Virus record (IMG/VR): IMGVR_UViG_3300005663_000536
Coordinates: 1 to 25,303 of that record
DNA: 25,303 nt
Reading direction: 5' to 3' (one strand)
From: a virus
Taxonomy: Duplodnaviria; Caudoviricetes
The notes under the pieces are model-generated. The model searched no databases and was not told where the DNA came from. It saw only the letters and a program-made list of their open reading frames with translations. Shown here in pieces: positions 24,201 through 25,303 of the stretch. Position 1 is the stretch's first letter, and every line of letters begins with the position of its first letter. Position numbers and translations under genes: made by a program.

Positions 24201-25303
24201 GACGTCCCACGGAATCAGACGCGCGAGCAATTGGCGAACGACGCGACGGGCGGGACGCGCGCGCTCGGGCTGCGCGAGAGCGTCAAGTATCTCGTCTACG
24301 CGCGGCTGGCCGACGGCGGCTTCAGCCGGCCCGGCGAAGCGATCCTCGATGCGCTCCTCGATGGGGACGACATCAGCTCCGACAAGACGAGCTTCGCGCC
24401 GCGCCACGGCGATCGGGATGCGCGGGTCACGTGGGACGCGTTCGCGGACGCGGTCGGCTACTCGATCTTTCGCTGGACGGCCTTCCACGCGGACGACCGG
24501 GGCTGGTTCGATCAACGGACCGATGTCGCCGCGACGGTGCTCTCGCTGCTCGACACGCTCGTCTTCGGGCGGCAACGTCCGCCGGTGCTCCTGCCGAGCG
24601 GCAAGCCAGGGAGGCCACCGAAGGCGCGCGACAATGCCGGGGCCGTGCCGCTCATCCACGTCGGGACCGAGGTCATCAGCAGCGTTCGCTACCAGCGGTT
24701 CCTGCTCGCGAGTCACGCCGTCAAGGAGGTCCAGGCGATCTTCAAGAGCCGCGCTGACGACGCGGGCGCCGGCGTCGACGCCGACGGCGAGCGGCCGGAC
24801 GCCGACACGTTCCAGCAGGTCCAGGACGCCGAGATCGGTGTGAGCTGGCTCATCCCTGCCAAGACCGGCTGGCCGTTCGCCGACGACTTCCGCGACCTGA
24901 CCGACGCCGACGGGAACGTGCGCCGCTACACGCTCATCTACACGACCGAGGACCCGGTGCCCGAGAGGGTCCTCGCGAACGTGCTGGGCATCGAGGACAT
25001 CGGCGACGGCTCTGGCATGCTGATCGAGCGCGTGCTCCAGCAGTTCAAGCACTGCGCGGCGAACTTCCTGGTCGGCAACTATCAGAGCGGCGGCTGGGGC
25101 GTAACGCCGACGTTCCTCATCGACGGCGAGGAGCAAATCGATCTCGACAGCTTCGACGAGGCCGACGATCAGACCGCGCTCCGCATCGACGGCGGCTATG
25201 TCGGCGCCGGCATGCTCGGGAACGAGGGCGCGTTCACGTCGATCCGCGCGGTGCTTGCCGAGTTCGCGCAGAGCAGCGACGTCGACGTGGGCATCAACCA
25301 CGT
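21207..25303 (+). CDS. Large multi-domain tail tip/hub-adhesin protein (>1365 aa, 3' truncated; absent from the ORF track)
   Basis: ATG 1 nt after the previous stop (MAVFRDFTGMETG...); the same frame reads as protein at every stretch I translated up to ...SDVDVGINH at the window end, and the track lists no stop-terminated ORF in this frame; ConA/LamG-like N-terminus, PIIYG motif, three ~100-aa repeats, FN3-like segments. Confidence 0.85.
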   Translation, partial: MAVFRDFTGMETGLQAAGWTPSPGLIFFVRTARRTGQFGLNILKAIAAAGGNYRFDLIPNPGPAVPGAPDLIGKLRFWVRFNAFPSADKHAVGGWTFGDATFILAGLYIDSSPTNEAEIFVSVDAIGFTSIGTVVKNRWYRVEVDTVIHDDTSGSAADDFLRVTVRVHGADVQSGSDQKSPSVSFRITSVAIGSPNVVPVATVDFDYDDIVFEVHDDGIAFSVPVQTVVAPVPVDVIDDPQSIGQTGDRDDLDERPMDLADLDVVSIPANGDQVIIHHRPMCVRGVTAWKVNVVANGTSPTETHAILISGVEFLVTVGPTGTFREATRYADLTEAEFNAQNMGLRNKTGTTLGLNAIIGELLCTRAEALLTSEDAVRGDTIPMTWVEFIDSNDQVHVWGAQDVAAPPAQPTLPVGDAPRTEQEFQEGRVLSFSTIERGLSDFGGQPEDVAFGWTLNDSDREIRKLLRAEATRAFIGRDVLLRVHTIRDRFLEIKPFTLGRGIVERYNPSSNLQFEFEATGAVLRTDRSGRNRDQIPRRRISPTFFGDCPEDNLDGPEPIIYGSLSSFPDESQGAASPAGVTVPLAVANVAAKGVAQSGAAPSGVTAVATLTAGYQHEIITYTGDGTTGRAITGIGFQPDVVMIKARNGGSAIGSAFKTGDYVGLASQDWNGGLIATQGIESFDADGFSVGSDVRVNQSVVVYVVICISKGTEEFFKHGTYVGDGADDRDIVIAAGFQPAYLFVKNETGSAAVYRGLSHSGDESTILASTAQTTDLIQAFNSDGFQVGADTLVNQSTVTFYWFAWKNLNNALDAFMESGSYVGTGGTLIVSSPVLAPLWLMLRPQAAGSGATWKHTSHPTNISCDWGSPADAAARIVDPFPTGTGFTVQFVMSILGVTHHFFLFASASVTLASAGGGGLTPENQDVTRHYRVSAIVGGKETKLSTRVSATTSNTHRSITVTWNVVASATEILLYSSTRQDFRQFAFSQLAGGATSFSDDDVPRNQTREQLANDATGGTRALGLRESVKYLVYARLADGGFSRPGEAILDALLDGDDISSDKTSFAPRHGDRDARVTWDAFADAVGYSIFRWTAFHADDRGWFDQRTDVAATVLSLLDTLVFGRQRPPVLLPSGKPGRPPKARDNAGAVPLIHVGTEVISSVRYQRFLLASHAVKEVQAIFKSRADDAGAGVDADGERPDADTFQQVQDAEIGVSWLIPAKTGWPFADDFRDLTDADGNVRRYTLIYTTEDPVPERVLANVLGIEDIGDGSGMLIERVLQQFKHCAANFLVGNYQSGGWGVTPTFLIDGEEQIDLDSFDEADDQTALRIDGGYVGAGMLGNEGAFTSIRAVLAEFAQSSDVDVGINH
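23067..23930 (+). repeat. Three tandem ~100-aa protein repeats within the tail tip protein
   Basis: YTGDG..GFQPDVVMIK..FDADGF.VG (from 23067), YVGDG..GFQPAYLFVK..FNSDGFQVG (from 23364), YVGTG..LAPLWLMLR..TGTGFTV (from 23664); spacing 297 and 300 nt. Confidence 0.8.

Larger units (their letters stand above)
1..25303 (+). mobile_element. Tailed phage/prophage (siphovirus-like) head-neck-tail morphogenesis module; both ends lie outside the window
   Basis: Canonical order portal-MuF-protease-scaffold-decoration-capsid-neck-tail tube-chaperone (frameshift)-tape measure-tail tip, all on + strand with many ATGA/GTGA overlaps. No integrase, att site or terminase in the window, so prophage versus free phage cannot be decided. 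Confidence 0.95.

Noticed and set aside
22827-25301. 824-aa minus-strand ORF
   Set aside because: Antisense shadow of the + strand tail-tip gene; Arg/Ala/Val-rich with no motifs, as expected opposite GC3-biased coding DNA.

Overview
The whole 25.3-kb window is a GC-rich, single-strand (+) virion morphogenesis module of a tailed phage or prophage with a long non-contractile tail (siphovirus-like; no sheath gene seen). Gene order: DUF5131 (partial), Ig-domain lipoprotein, probable outer-membrane beta-protein, small membrane protein, portal, MuF head protein fused to a PI3/4-kinase/HipA-like kinase domain plus a small coupled downstream gene, a sigma70 promoter with a structured leader and terminator, XkdF-like prohead protease, scaffold, DUF2190-like decoration protein, major capsid protein, C2H2 zinc-finger protein, beta-helix protein, neck genes, a methyltransferase / Zn-ribbon / sulfotransferase-like / glycosyltransferase cassette, tail tube, frameshifted tail assembly chaperone, tape measure, a probable distal tail protein, and a >1365-aa multi-domain tail-tip protein that runs off the window and is missing from the ORF track. 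The two most interesting elements are (1) a MuF-kinase fusion with a candidate immunity gene, a putative virion-delivered kinase effector, and (2) a translationally coupled glycan-building and glycan-decorating cassette between the tail terminator and tail tube genes, suggesting a methylated and/or sulfated virion glycan. All family assignments come from motif recognition and synteny by eye; no database search was run.
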